Source: an uncultured Clostridia bacterium
GTDB taxonomy: Bacteria > Bacillota > Clostridia > TANB77 > CAG-508
Direction of reading: 5' to 3'
NCBI GenBank assembly: GCA_947631745.1
Contig: CANRMM010000003.1
Location: 1 to 61,882, forward strand
DNA length: 61,882 nt
The notes below the pieces were generated by a model. It was given only the letters and a program-made list of their open reading frames with translations, was not told the DNA's origin and did not search any database. Made by a program: the position numbers and the translations under genes. Position 1 is the first letter of the stretch. Every line of letters starts with the position of its first letter. Of this stretch, positions 1 through 9,773 are shown in pieces.

Positions 1-101
1 AACATAAATACATTATATCACCAAACTTATTTCAGTTTTTATAAATTAACCGGAATTTCAAATGATAATTTACACAACAAGCAAGTATTACTTATAAAAT
101 A

Positions 102-130
102 TTGACAAATATATATAAAACATGTAAAAT
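102..130 (+). promoter_or_regulatory. sigma-70-type promoter for tracrRNA (TTGACA-17 nt-TAAAAT)
   Basis: TTGACA at 102-107, a 17-nt spacer, then TAAAAT at 125-130. This predicts a start near 137, exactly where the anti-repeat begins. Confidence 0.55.
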
Positions 131-136
131 AATATC

Positions 137-228
137 ATTATATCATATCAAAGCTTAGTAGGTTACTATAATAAACCGAAAGGTGCGAAGTTCTGCCCTA
201 TACTATCCAGTATAGGGTATCTTCTTGT
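137..228 (+). ncRNA. tracrRNA (anti-repeat 137-172 plus nexus and hairpin tail); 3' end uncertain
   Basis: Positions 137-172 (attatatcatatcaaagcttagtaggttactataat) match the plus-strand reading of the CRISPR repeat at 31/36. Three of the five differences become G-U wobbles only if the tracrRNA is plus-sense and the crRNA minus-sense. The remaining 2 nt form a bulge. It is followed by aaaccgaaagg and a 9-bp hairpin (ccctatact/agtataggg, 196-217) with a U-rich tail. Confidence 0.7.
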
Positions 229-285
229 ATAAAAGAAAACTGCTCCGTTCTCAACTGCCCCCGTTTAGTAGAAACAATAAGAAAA

Positions 286-324
286 TTGACATATTTTGAC
301 AATAAATATAAAATATGATAGAAT
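286..324 (+). promoter_or_regulatory. candidate cas9 operon promoter(s)
   Basis: There are two overlapping candidates. One is TTGACA 286-291, N17, TAAAAT 309-314. The other is TTGACA 296-301, N17, TGaTAGAAT 316-324. The RBS aaggagg at 350-356 precedes the ATG at 363. Confidence 0.4.
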
Positions 325-362
325 ACTTTCACGTTATGTAAATATATAAGAAGGAGGTTAAC

Positions 363-3300
363 ATGAGATATACAATTGGATTAGATATAGGAATTGCATC
401 AGTAGGATGGGCGGTTATTAATAATGACAAAAGTAGAATAGAGGATTTAGGAGTAAGAATATTTAAAAAGGCCGAAGAAACAGACGGAAAAGAATTAAAT
501 TTAGCAAGAAGAGAGGCTAGAGGAGCAAGACGAAGAATTAGAAGAAGAGCAACAAGAATGTCAAAAGTAAAAAAATTATTTATAGAATATAATTTAGTAT
601 CTCAGCAAGAATTAGAAACATTATATATTTTAACAAGTGAAGATAAAGATATATGGACTTTACGAGCAAAAGGCTTAGATAAATTATTAAACAGAAAGGA
701 ATGGGCGAGAGTATTAACAAGTATTGCAAAAAGAAGAGGATATAAATCAAACAGAAAAACAGATGAAGAAGATAAAGAAGTAGGAAAACTTAGTAAGGGA
801 ACACTAGAAAATAAGAGAATATTAGAAGAAAAAGGTTATAGAACAATAGGAGAAATGTTCTATAAAGATGAAAAATTTGAAAGTAATAAAAGAAATAAAG
901 GTGGAGAATACAATAATACGGTTTTAAGAAATATGCTAGTAGATGAAATTCATATATTATTTGATGCACAAAGAAAATATGGAAACACATTTGCAAATGC
1001 AGATTTTGAAAAGAAATATATAGAAATAGTAACATATCAAAGAGAATATATAACACCTGAATTATTAGAAAGAATGTTAGGAAAGTGCACATTTGAAAAA
1101 GAAGAACATAGAGCTCCTAAAAATAGCTATACATTTGAAAGATTTATGTTACTACAAAAAGTAAATAATCTGAAAATAGATATAAACGGACAAAATATGG
1201 AAATTCCAGAAGACAAGAAACAAGAAATTATTAATTTAGCTTATGAACAAGCTGAAATAAAATATACACAATTAAGGAAAAAATTAGAACTACCAATAGA
1301 AGCCAGATTTAAAGACTTAAATTATCAAGAACTGAAAAAGAAAAAAGACGAAGAACTATCAGAAGAAAAAGTAATAAAACAAATAGAAGATAGAAAATTT
1401 ATAAAACTTGAAGGATGGCATAAAATTAGAATAGCATTAAAAAGTAATAATTGCGAAGAAAAATTTGAATTAATCAAACAAAAACCAGAACTACAAGATA
1501 TTATTGCAGATGCATTAGTAAGAAACAAAACAGATGAAACTATTACAGAATATCTAAAAGAAAAACAAATAGACGAAGACATTATAAAGGCAGTTTTAAC
1601 TATTAACTTTACAAAATTTGGACATTTATCATATAAAGCTATGAAAAAAATAATTCCTGAATTAGAAAAAGGATTCAAATATGACAAAGCTTGTGAAAAT
1701 GTAGGATATGAATATAAAGGAAGCGGAAATAAATTACAAGATAAACTACCTCCAATATCTGAACTAGACGAAAAAATATTAAATCCAGTCGTGTTAAGAT
1801 CTGTTTCACAAACAAGGAAAGTAATTAATGCTATTATAAATAAATATGGAGCTCCAACAGCAATTTATATAGAAACAGCAAAAGAATTATCAAAATCTTT
1901 TGAAGAAAGACAAAACATACAAAAACAGCAAAAAGAAAATATGGATAACAATGAAAAATTAAAAGAATATATAAAAGAAAATTTTCATTTTGAAGCTAAA
2001 CCATTTGACATAGTTAAAATGAAATTATGGAGAGAACAAAATGGAAAATGTGCGTATTCACAAAAAGCAATTCCAGCAGAAAGACTATATGAAGAAAATT
2101 TTGTACAAGTAGATCATATAATTCCATTTTCAAGATGCTTTAATGACGGATATAATAATAAAGTATTAGTACTAACAGACGAAAATCAAAGAAAAAAAGA
2201 AAGAACACCTTATGAATATTTTGGAGAAAATGAGCAAAGGTGGCACTCATTTGAAGAATTTGTAAATCTAACATACAAATTTAATACTAAGAAAAAAGAA
2301 AATTTATTAATAAAAAACTTTAACGAAGAAAAATCTAAAGAATGGATACAAAGAAACATAAATGACACAAAATATATTGCAAAATTTATGTATGATTACA
2401 TTGCTAATAACTTAAAATTTGCAGATAGTGAATTAAAAAGAAAAGTATATAACATTAATGGACAAGCAACATCAGTGCTAAGACATTATTGGGGACTAAA
2501 AAAAGATAGGGAAGAATCAGACAAACATCATGCACAAGATGCAGTTGTGATTGCGTGTGCAACAAACAAAAATATTAAAAAAGTATCTGATTATAATAGA
2601 AGAAAAGTTTTGCATATAAATAATGAAATAGTAGATGAAGAAACAGGAGAAATTATAGATTTAAAATATAATACAGACATTACAATAAAAGAACCATGGC
2701 CTAAATTTAGAGAAGAAGTAGAAGCAAGAATGGAAAATCCAGACAATAACGGGGAACTATATGCTTTAAGACACGGAGACTTTAGAAACTATGATGACAT
2801 TGATATTAATACAATAAAACCAATTTTTGTTTCAAGAATGCCAGAAAGAAAAATAACAGGTAGAGCTCATAAAGATACCATGCGTTCTCAAAAATTTATA
2901 AAACAAGGGTGCAACTATACAGTTGTAAAAAAAGCATTAACAAATATTTCAAAACAAGAAATAGAAGCTATTATACATAACCCAGAATTCAAAATGCTAT
3001 ATATGAGCGATAAAAGAACGTATGACGATATTTATGAAAAAATGAAAGAAGCAAACTTCAAAGCAGAAAAAGCATTTTCAGATGGATATAAAAAATATAG
3101 CAAAAAAGGAAATAGCCCTATTGTAAGAAGCATAAAAATACCATCAACAGGAAATACAGGAGTAAAACTAAAAAACAAATCTATAGCAGAAAATGCGAAT
3201 ATGGTTAGAGTAGATGTGTTTAAGAAAGATAACAAATATTATTTAGTACCAATATATGTATCTGACTTTGTAAAAGAACAACTACCTAATAAAGCAATTG

Positions 3301-3593
3301 TAGCATCTAAAGACGAAAATGAATGGATGGAAATGACAAATGAATATCAATTTAAATTTAGTTTATATCCAAATGATTTAGTAAAAATAAAAAAGAAAAA
3401 TGAAAAGGAGTTTTATGCATATTATAATTCAACCCACAGAGGTACAGCAGCTATTAACTTATTATCAGTAAATGGAGAAAGAAAAATAGAAGGAGTAGGT
3501 GTAAAAGGATTAGAAGTATTTGAAAAATATGAAGTAGATATTCTAGGAAATACCAATAAAGTTCAAAAAGAAAAAAGAGAAGGAGTAAAATAA
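363..3593 (+). CDS. cas9: Cas9, type II-C size class (1076 aa)
   Basis: RuvC-I motif IGLDIGIASVGWAV, Arg-rich bridge helix RREARGARRRIRRRATR, HNH motif VDHIIPFSRCFNDGYNNKVLV and RuvC-III motif HHAQDAVVIACA. It is followed directly by cas1 and cas2, with no csn2 or cas4. Confidence 0.97.
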   Translation: MRYTIGLDIGIASVGWAVINNDKSRIEDLGVRIFKKAEETDGKELNLARREARGARRRIRRRATRMSKVKKLFIEYNLVSQQELETLYILTSEDKDIWTLRAKGLDKLLNRKEWARVLTSIAKRRGYKSNRKTDEEDKEVGKLSKGTLENKRILEEKGYRTIGEMFYKDEKFESNKRNKGGEYNNTVLRNMLVDEIHILFDAQRKYGNTFANADFEKKYIEIVTYQREYITPELLERMLGKCTFEKEEHRAPKNSYTFERFMLLQKVNNLKIDINGQNMEIPEDKKQEIINLAYEQAEIKYTQLRKKLELPIEARFKDLNYQELKKKKDEELSEEKVIKQIEDRKFIKLEGWHKIRIALKSNNCEEKFELIKQKPELQDIIADALVRNKTDETITEYLKEKQIDEDIIKAVLTINFTKFGHLSYKAMKKIIPELEKGFKYDKACENVGYEYKGSGNKLQDKLPPISELDEKILNPVVLRSVSQTRKVINAIINKYGAPTAIYIETAKELSKSFEERQNIQKQQKENMDNNEKLKEYIKENFHFEAKPFDIVKMKLWREQNGKCAYSQKAIPAERLYEENFVQVDHIIPFSRCFNDGYNNKVLVLTDENQRKKERTPYEYFGENEQRWHSFEEFVNLTYKFNTKKKENLLIKNFNEEKSKEWIQRNINDTKYIAKFMYDYIANNLKFADSELKRKVYNINGQATSVLRHYWGLKKDREESDKHHAQDAVVIACATNKNIKKVSDYNRRKVLHINNEIVDEETGEIIDLKYNTDITIKEPWPKFREEVEARMENPDNNGELYALRHGDFRNYDDIDINTIKPIFVSRMPERKITGRAHKDTMRSQKFIKQGCNYTVVKKALTNISKQEIEAIIHNPEFKMLYMSDKRTYDDIYEKMKEANFKAEKAFSDGYKKYSKKGNSPIVRSIKIPSTGNTGVKLKNKSIAENANMVRVDVFKKDNKYYLVPIYVSDFVKEQLPNKAIVASKDENEWMEMTNEYQFKFSLYPNDLVKIKKKNEKEFYAYYNSTHRGTAAINLLSVNGERKIEGVGVKGLEVFEKYEVDILGNTNKVQKEKREGVK

Positions 3594-3594
3594 A

Positions 3595-4497
3595 ATGAGT
3601 TGGAAAAGTGTAGTAATTACACAACCGACGAAATTGTCTATAAAAAATAGACAACTAAAAATTACTCAAGATGAAGAATGGAGTATCCCTATGGAAGATA
3701 TATCATCAGTAGTATTAGAAACACCACAAATTAGTATATCTTCAAAAGTAATGAGCATGATGGCAGACAATAAAATTATTATGTATAGTTGTGATGATAA
3801 ACATTTGCCAAACGGAATATTCATTCCATTTGCTAACCACAGCAGACAGCTAAAAACAATAAAAAATCAATTAAAATGCACAGAAAGCTTTAAGAAAAGA
3901 TGTTGGCAAAGGATAATTATACAAAAGATTTTTAACCAAGCACAAGTATTAAAACTATGCAACAAGGAAAAAATGGCAGAATACTTACTGAATTTATCAC
4001 AAAAAGTAAATTCAGGAGATACTGAAAATAAAGAAGCAATAGCAGCAAAAGCATATTTTCCATCACTATTTGGAAATAAATTTAACAGAGAATATGATGA
4101 CATATACAATACAACTTTAAATTATGGTTATTCAATTATTCGAGGAGCCATTGCAAGAGCAATTGTAGCTTATGGATATCTACCAGCGATAGGAATTCAT
4201 CATAAAAGCGAATTAAACCAATATAACTTAGCAGATGATTTTATAGAACCATTTAGACCAATAGTAGACTTATGGGTAAAAACTAATATAAAAAATAAAA
4301 CTGAATTTAATAAATATACTCGAGCAGAATTAGTCAATCTTTTAAATGTAGATGTTGAAATACAGGGAAAGTTACAATCTGTTAATAATGCAATAAATAT
4401 TATGATAGCATCATACACTACCGCAATTAACCAAAATGATTATAAAAAATTAGAATTGCCAGAAATATTACCGATAAAAGTACATAGTTATGAGTAA
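3595..4497 (+). CDS. cas1: Cas1 integrase
   Basis: 300 aa with LNYGYSIIRGAIARAIV and HHKSELNQYNLADDFIEPFRPIVD motifs. The start is 2 nt after the cas9 stop. Confidence 0.95.
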   Translation: MSWKSVVITQPTKLSIKNRQLKITQDEEWSIPMEDISSVVLETPQISISSKVMSMMADNKIIMYSCDDKHLPNGIFIPFANHSRQLKTIKNQLKCTESFKKRCWQRIIIQKIFNQAQVLKLCNKEKMAEYLLNLSQKVNSGDTENKEAIAAKAYFPSLFGNKFNREYDDIYNTTLNYGYSIIRGAIARAIVAYGYLPAIGIHHKSELNQYNLADDFIEPFRPIVDLWVKTNIKNKTEFNKYTRAELVNLLNVDVEIQGKLQSVNNAINIMIASYTTAINQNDYKKLELPEILPIKVHSYE

Positions 4498-4810
4498 ATT
4501 TATGAGAATAATTGTATTTTTTGACTTGCCGGTAGTAGAGAAAAAAGACAGAAAAATATATGCTCAATTTAGAAGATTTTTATTAAATGACGGATATGAT
4601 ATGATTCAATATTCAGTATATTCACGATTATGTAATGGAACAGATATGACAAATAAACATTTAAAAAGATTAGATTCAAGTTTACCAGAAAAAGGGTCAA
4701 TTAGATGTTTAACAGTAACCGAGAAGCAATATGAAGATATGAAATTTTTAGTAGGAAAACCATCTGCAAAAGAAAGAAAAGTTAATACAGAACAATTAAG
4801 TTTGTTTTAA
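4490..4810 (+). CDS. cas2: Cas2
   Basis: 106 aa with the ferredoxin-like Cas2 N-terminus MRIIVFFDLPV and YSVYSRLC. It overlaps the cas1 stop by 8 nt. Confidence 0.9.
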   Translation: MSKFMRIIVFFDLPVVEKKDRKIYAQFRRFLLNDGYDMIQYSVYSRLCNGTDMTNKHLKRLDSSLPEKGSIRCLTVTEKQYEDMKFLVGKPSAKERKVNTEQLSLF

Positions 4811-4820
4811 AAAATAAAAA

Positions 4821-4853
4821 ATGAAGATTGTAAAAAAATAATCTTCATTTTTT
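4821..4853. terminator. bidirectional intrinsic terminator between cas2 and the array
   Basis: 9-bp stem atgaagatt/aatcttcat (4821-4829 and 4840-4848). An A-run lies upstream and a T-run downstream, so it reads as stem plus U-run on both strands. Confidence 0.7.
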
Positions 4854-4906
4854 GCTGATATAATATACTATATAAAACAGTAGTACCAACAGTTATACGA
4901 TTACCT

Positions 4907-6255
4907 ATTATATCATATCAAAACTTAATAGGGAACTATAACTTTTTAGCTTTCAATTGAACCCTTTTCAAATTATATCATATCAAAACTTAATAGGGAA
5001 CTATAACCCTGATAAATTTTCATATTTTTTTCTCCTTTATTATATCATATCAAAACTTAATAGGGAACTATAACTCTCAAGCTGTCGACTCTGAATCTTG
5101 TAAAATTATATCATATCAAAACTTAATAGGGAACTATAACCAAACTTTTAATGTTTCTAATATAGGCTTTATTATATCATATCAAAACTTAATAGGGAAC
5201 TATAACCTTTGCATTAATTCAGCCCATCTACTTGAAATTATATCATATCAAAACTTAATAGGGAACTATAACTATATTTAATTTATTTTTATATTTTGAT
5301 GTATTATATCATATCAAAACTTAATAGGGAACTATAACCCTGATGATGTATATTGCCACATTACATATATTATATCATATCAAAACTTAATAGGGAACTA
5401 TAACGAAAAACCTTTAAAATGTTTATGTCCTAATATTATATCATATCAAAACTTAATAGGGAACTATAACTTAAAACTTAATGATTATTTTTTATGCGAT
5501 ATTATATCATATCAAAACTTAATAGGGAACTATAACATATTGTTCTAACTCTACTCCATAGTCCTCATTATATCATATCAAAACTTAATAGGGAACTATA
5601 ACAATCCAAACTAATACATCTTCAAATACAGAATTATATCATATCAAAACTTAATAGGGAACTATAACTTATTATATATACCAAAAAAGTACCTATATAT
5701 TATATCATATCAAAACTTAATAGGGAACTATAACTATTTCGCCTATTTCTTCATAACTCAAATTATTATATCATATCAAAACTTAATAGGGAACTATAAC
5801 TTATTATATATACCAAAAAAGTACCTATATATTATATCATATCAAAACTTAATAGGGAACTATAACGATTACTATGCAAAGGAAACAAAAAATCAATTAT
5901 ATCATATCAAAACTTAATAGGGAACTATAACTTATCTTCCACAAAGGTATCAATTTCAATCATTATATCATATCAAAACTTAATAGGGAACTATAACGTC
6001 TAGGCGATATTATGATTAATTGGTTTTATTATATCATATCAAAACTTAATAGGGAACTATAACATATCATTATCATTATCATTATCAATTATATCATATC
6101 AAAACTTAATAGGGAACTATAACATCCATTCGGTCTATTAATGCTCCGTTTGTATTATATCATATCAAAACTTAATAGGGAACTATAACCCATACTTTAT
6201 ATATTCTTCTACGCTCCATATTATATCATATCAAAACTTAATTAACTATATAAAT
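4907..6255 (-). CRISPR. CRISPR array with 21 repeats of 36 nt and 20 spacers (mostly 29-31 nt); crRNA sense inferred to be the minus strand
   Basis: The plus-strand repeat is attatatcatatcaaaacttaatagggaactataac. On the minus strand it reads GTTATAGTTCCCTATTAAGTTTTGATATGATATAAT, the II-C style GTT...AAT repeat ending in the extended -10 TGaTATAAT. Repeat starts are 4907, 4972, 5039, 5105, 5171, 5237, 5303, 5369, 5435, 5501, 5567, 5633, 5699, 5765, 5831, 5896, 5962, 6028, 6088, 6154 and 6220. The last repeat is degenerate in its final 13 nt. Confidence 0.97.
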
Positions 6256-6379
6256 ACTAAATGCTATCCATAATCCAAATAATATCCAATATTAAGCTTT
6301 ATTCCTATTAACATTAATAATATATACAACATATTTACACCTTCTTTTTATAATAAAAGCACCTACTTGTTAGTAAGTG

Positions 6380-6547
6380 CTAAAATATTGTCTTTTTTAA
6401 TCTTCCATTTTGTATTCTTTGTTGTTCTTCATTTAATAATTCTATATATTCTTGCTTTATTTCTTCTGGAGTGTTTTCTTTCAAAATCGTTAAATTTCTC
6501 TCTTCATCTTCTTTCAACCAATTTAACCATTTAGGATCTAATATCAT
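6380..6547 (-). CDS. small hypothetical protein (55 aa) inside a 426-bp insert between CRISPR repeats
   Basis: ATG at 6547 and stop at 6380-6382, giving MILDPKWLNWLKEDEERNLTILKENTPEEIKQEYIELLNEEQQRIQNGRLKKTIF. The start abuts the stop of the truncated upstream ORF (TAAATG). Confidence 0.35.
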   Translation of the reverse strand: MILDPKWLNWLKEDEERNLTILKENTPEEIKQEYIELLNEEQQRIQNGRLKKTIF

Positions 6548-6681
6548 TTATATCATTCCTTTCATTACTTTTACTATTTCTTTGATTAAAGCATTGGCAT
6601 TTTTACCATTTCTGTAATAATCTGCAAATGCTTCTTCTATATTTTCACTATATTTTACCTTAGCGTATGTAGAATTATTTG
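6548..6681 (-). pseudogene. 3' fragment of a gene truncated by the CRISPR repeat at 6682 (possibly phage-derived)
   Basis: The open frame ...SNNSTYAKVKYSENIEEAFADYYRNGKNANALIKEIVKVMKGMI* has no start codon. The frame is closed by a stop that lies inside the repeat. Confidence 0.4.
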
Positions 6682-6849
6682 ATTATATCATATCAAAACT
6701 TAATAGGGAACTATAACTCTTCAAATTGCATAGTTAATATTGCTTTTGCTATATCATATCAAAAACTAATAGAGAACTATAACATCGTAACAAGGAATAG
6801 ATACTTTACAAGAATTATATCATATCAAAACTTAATGAGGAACTATAAG
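6682..6849 (-). CRISPR. detached mini-array with 3 repeats (one perfect, two degenerate) and 2 spacers of 30 nt
   Basis: The repeats are at 6682-6717 (perfect), 6748-6783 and 6814-6849. All three keep the gatatgatata core. Confidence 0.85.
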
Positions 6850-6857
6850 TTATTAAT

Positions 6858-7274
6858 TTATATTAAAGTTAAAAAAGCAAATATCATTATAATATTAGAT
6901 ATTTCATCAAATAACTTTGACCAGAAAACAAGCCATAATTCTTTTATAATAATTTTATTACATGGATTATTTAGTTCAGTAGTTAAAGATATTACTATTA
7001 AAATTGCTTCTATAATTGCCATAATAACATAATATATAATAGCACCCCAAAAGAAAATGCTATTATTAATAAAAAATAATATTAATAAAAATATTAAATC
7101 ATACATTATGGTTTTTCGATATTTTAAAACTGATATTGATAATTCAGAGTATATGGAATTTATTTCATAGCTATTATTATAATTTTGAGATCTATTTAGT
7201 AATGTTTTTAATATAGTGTTTACAATAAGCCACAGTATTATTAACAGTAAAATTTGTATAATGATTTTTTCCAT
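6858..7274 (-). CDS. hypothetical multi-pass membrane protein (138 aa)
   Basis: Hydrophobic ORF with the RBS aaaggagaaat upstream. Its upstream ~60 nt is duplicated upstream of the neighbouring gene. Confidence 0.55.
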   Translation of the reverse strand: MEKIIIQILLLIILWLIVNTILKTLLNRSQNYNNSYEINSIYSELSISVLKYRKTIMYDLIFLLILFFINNSIFFWGAIIYYVIMAIIEAILIVISLTTELNNPCNKIIIKELWLVFWSKLFDEISNIIMIFAFLTLI

Positions 7275-7317
7275 ATAATTTCTCCTTTGTTTATTACTTA
7301 AAATTTATAAATTATAA

Positions 7318-7779
7318 TTATATTTTCCAAGGATTTTCACTTTTTGTGAAGTCTCCAGAAGCTGTTGGTTTAGTTTCTATTTTTTGCTCTTTACCACAAT
7401 AACAACAGAATGTACTATCGCTATCTATTTGCTTACCACAATGAATACAATATTGTTTATGAATTGTAGTAGGTTTTACTTTATTTAAATCTATATTGGT
7501 AGAATTGCCCTTAAATAAAAGACCATAATTTATAAAACCATATATAACAGGAGCAGAAGATATAACAATTTCGTTTTTCCCAATTAGACTACCTAGCAAT
7601 GCTCTTAAAAATATAAAACCTAAGCCAACTACTACTGAATTTATTGTGCTGATTCTCACAGCATCTTTATGATTATATGTTTTATTTTTATATAATACTA
7701 GATAAAAAAAGGGATAAGATAGATAAGCAACTATTGTTATTATAAGATCTATTAATGTAAATATAAACTCCATTTTCAT
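7318..7779 (-). CDS. membrane protein with C-terminal zinc ribbon (153 aa)
   Basis: N-terminal transmembrane helices and the CxxC...CxxC motif CIHCGKQIDSDSTFCCYCGK. The RBS is aaaggagaaat. Confidence 0.6.
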   Translation of the reverse strand: MKMEFIFTLIDLIITIVAYLSYPFFYLVLYKNKTYNHKDAVRISTINSVVVGLGFIFLRALLGSLIGKNEIVISSAPVIYGFINYGLLFKGNSTNIDLNKVKPTTIHKQYCIHCGKQIDSDSTFCCYCGKEQKIETKPTASGDFTKSENPWKI

Positions 7780-7843
7780 TTCTCCTTTGTTTACTACTCA
7801 AAATTTATAAGTTATCATAATTACGTTTTCCAAAAATTTTTAT

Positions 7844-7945
7844 TTTATATCATATCAAAACTTAATAGGGAATCATAACACTTTGAATGGCATAAAAAAT
7901 GCTAAACTCATTATATCATATCAAAACTTAATAGAAAACTATAAG
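7844..7945 (-). CRISPR. detached mini-array with 2 degenerate repeats and 1 spacer of 30 nt
   Basis: Repeats at 7844-7879 and 7910-7945, each with 3-4 mismatches to the consensus. Confidence 0.8.
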
Positions 7946-8833
7946 TTCAGTACCATCAATATATAACTTAATTTTTTGAGCATTATATTGTTTTTTAGCT
8001 TTTTATTTTATTCGCAGACATTCCGCCAAGATTTAATTATTCAATATTTTGGTTTAGCGTTATATTAGCGACTTTTCTTTTTTCAAAAGTTCACGATTAA
8101 GTATATCTGTCATATTTTTTATAGAATTTTTTATTTAATTGTATATTAGACTCTTTTAGACTTCCTTTTATATTTTTAATTTCATCATTTTCATTATTTT
8201 AATTTTGAACGATAATTTTATGTCTGATTGTTTAAATTTGCTCTAATGTTACTTTAAACACTTTGAGAGGTATTTTCTATTCTTGACTGATTTTCAAGGC
8301 TTTTATTGTTATTCCATTCTTGGTTATTTTTTTACCTTTGTTAGCCATATCTGCTACGTACTCCAATAGTTTGTATGTTTTTTCTGGTTTCTTTACAGCT
8401 ATCATTATTGGAATTATTAAATCCTCTTACATTGATAGACTCTGTAATAACTCTAATAACATTTTTTGCTCCTTTGAAAGTTCCATTATTAATACCCCTC
8501 ATTATTTTATTTATAAAATCCTCATTACCATCTATTTTTATTTTAGTAATAATTCTATTGTCATCAAAATCATTTAGAAATAATCAATTGAACATATACT
8601 TTGTATACATATTTTATTTGGTTTATTCGCATTAATTAAAGACATAATATTTTAATATTCTTTTTTCCTAATCAAATTCCATCACTATTATACTTTATGT
8701 TACTTTTGTTTGCAACATCTTCCCTAATGCATCTTAATTCATTTTATATATTAATTTTATTACTTTGCATAAACTTAAAAGTAGCAATTTAGCGTTATTT
8801 GACATTTTTGTTACTAGATGCTATACTGCTAAT

Positions 8834-8916
8834 AGGTAAGAAATTTGAACCACCAACTCTAGCTGAACTCTTTTGAGAGTTGGAAGCTACGGGTGGCAAA
8901 TTATTACCTATTTTTT
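8834..8916 (+). ncRNA. candidate small structured RNA A (promoter-driven, terminator-like end)
   Basis: TTGACA 8799-8804, N17, TATACT 8822-8827. The outer stem is aataggtaa/ttacctatt followed by a U-run (8913-8916). Nested inside are the helices ccacc/ggtgg and caactct/agagttg. Confidence 0.4.
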
Positions 8917-9191
8917 ATGCCAATTATATCATATAAATATTTCTTTCCATCTGCATCATTTTTTATTAAGATCGTTCCTTGATATGTTTGTTCCCTTCCA
9001 TTAAAACTTTTTGTAAGTTCTTTGATATATTTTGATGTATTTTGAATATACTTCATTACATTTAAAGTATTAATATTGCCCTGTGAAGTTCTATTTCATT
9101 TTGTGACATTATTTTCATTTTGAGCACTATAATTATATCTGATTGCTTGAATTTGTTTTAGAGTCATTTTGAGCACTTTGAGAGGTATTTC

Positions 9192-9404
9192 CTATTCTTG
9201 ACTGATTATTTTTGTTGCCTTTTCTGATATTTGTTGTTGTTCTTTTGGTAGTTGATTGATTCTCTTGTATTCTTCTGCTAGATAGTCTATCATTTTCTGT
9301 TGCTGTTCTATTGTCCCTAGCATTGACACTATTAGAAGAATAAATTCTTTGTCCATATTGGCTGACTTCAAGTAATCTATCAATACTTCTTGTTGTTCCG
9401 TCAC
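9192..9404 (-). CDS. hypothetical helical protein (70 aa) in the decayed repeat unit
   Basis: The ORF MTEQQEVLIDYLKSANMDKEF... has non-repetitive composition. A degenerate paralogous C-terminus (..ALKISQE*) lies in the other repeat copy near 8285-8410. Confidence 0.3.
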   Translation of the reverse strand: MTEQQEVLIDYLKSANMDKEFILLIVSMLGTIEQQQKMIDYLAEEYKRINQLPKEQQQISEKATKIISQE

Positions 9405-9773
9405 TATTATCCACCTCTTTCATAATTTTATTTATTATTTGGTCATTGTTAATTATTTTAATCTTACCCTTGAAAATGTAATTGTTAAAATCTAATTTAT
9501 CAAATATATAAAAATAATTATTGTATAATTTGTAATTTAATCCATTTAATAAGTTAGGATTATCAGTATTTATTGCACAAATGTGTTCTTATATCCTTTA
9601 TTTTCTAGTTTGATTCCGTTACTACTATACTTTATGTTACCATTGCTTGCAATATCTTTTCTAATGTTTCTTACTTCACTCTGTATATTATTTTTATTAT
9701 TCTGCATAGACGTAAGTATAATGTAAGCAAAATAAAAATTACCTACATTAATTTTTTTCTAAAAATATATTGA

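Larger units (their letters stand above)
8221..9730. repeat. two diverged tandem copies (~8221-9130 and ~9135-9730) of a decayed gene-bearing unit
   Basis: 8221-8300 aligns with 9135-9220 (ctgattg..tttgagaggtattt.ctattcttgactgatt). 8670-8790 aligns with 9605-9730 (tatactttatgttac...ttgcaa.atctt...ttgcata.ac.taa). No long intact ORF remains. Confidence 0.6.

Noticed and set aside
12-35. A repeat-like sequence (attatatcaccaaacttatttcag) at the window start, considered as a second anti-repeat or array remnant.
   Set aside because: Only the first 9 nt match exactly, and the rest needs gaps. It sits at the window edge, so its context is unknown. It is too weak to call.
790-3654. Antisense ORFs within cas9 (790-1092, 1325-1687, 3032-3235, 3454-3654). 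The same kind of antisense ORF occurs inside most long genes, for example 12726-13148, 27723-28157, 40273-40656 and 50203-50799.
   Set aside because: They are Leu/Phe/Ser/Ile-rich low-complexity translations of the reverse strand of AT-rich genes. They have no RBS and each lies entirely inside a well-supported gene.
6679-7032. A plus-strand 117-aa ORF that starts in the mini-array.
   Set aside because: It reads through CRISPR repeats and is antisense to a better-supported membrane-protein gene.
8924-8935. A 12-nt exact match to the start of the CRISPR repeat (attatatcatat), just after small RNA A.
   Set aside because: It is short and AT-only, and the similarity stops after 12 nt. It may be a relic but cannot be distinguished from chance.
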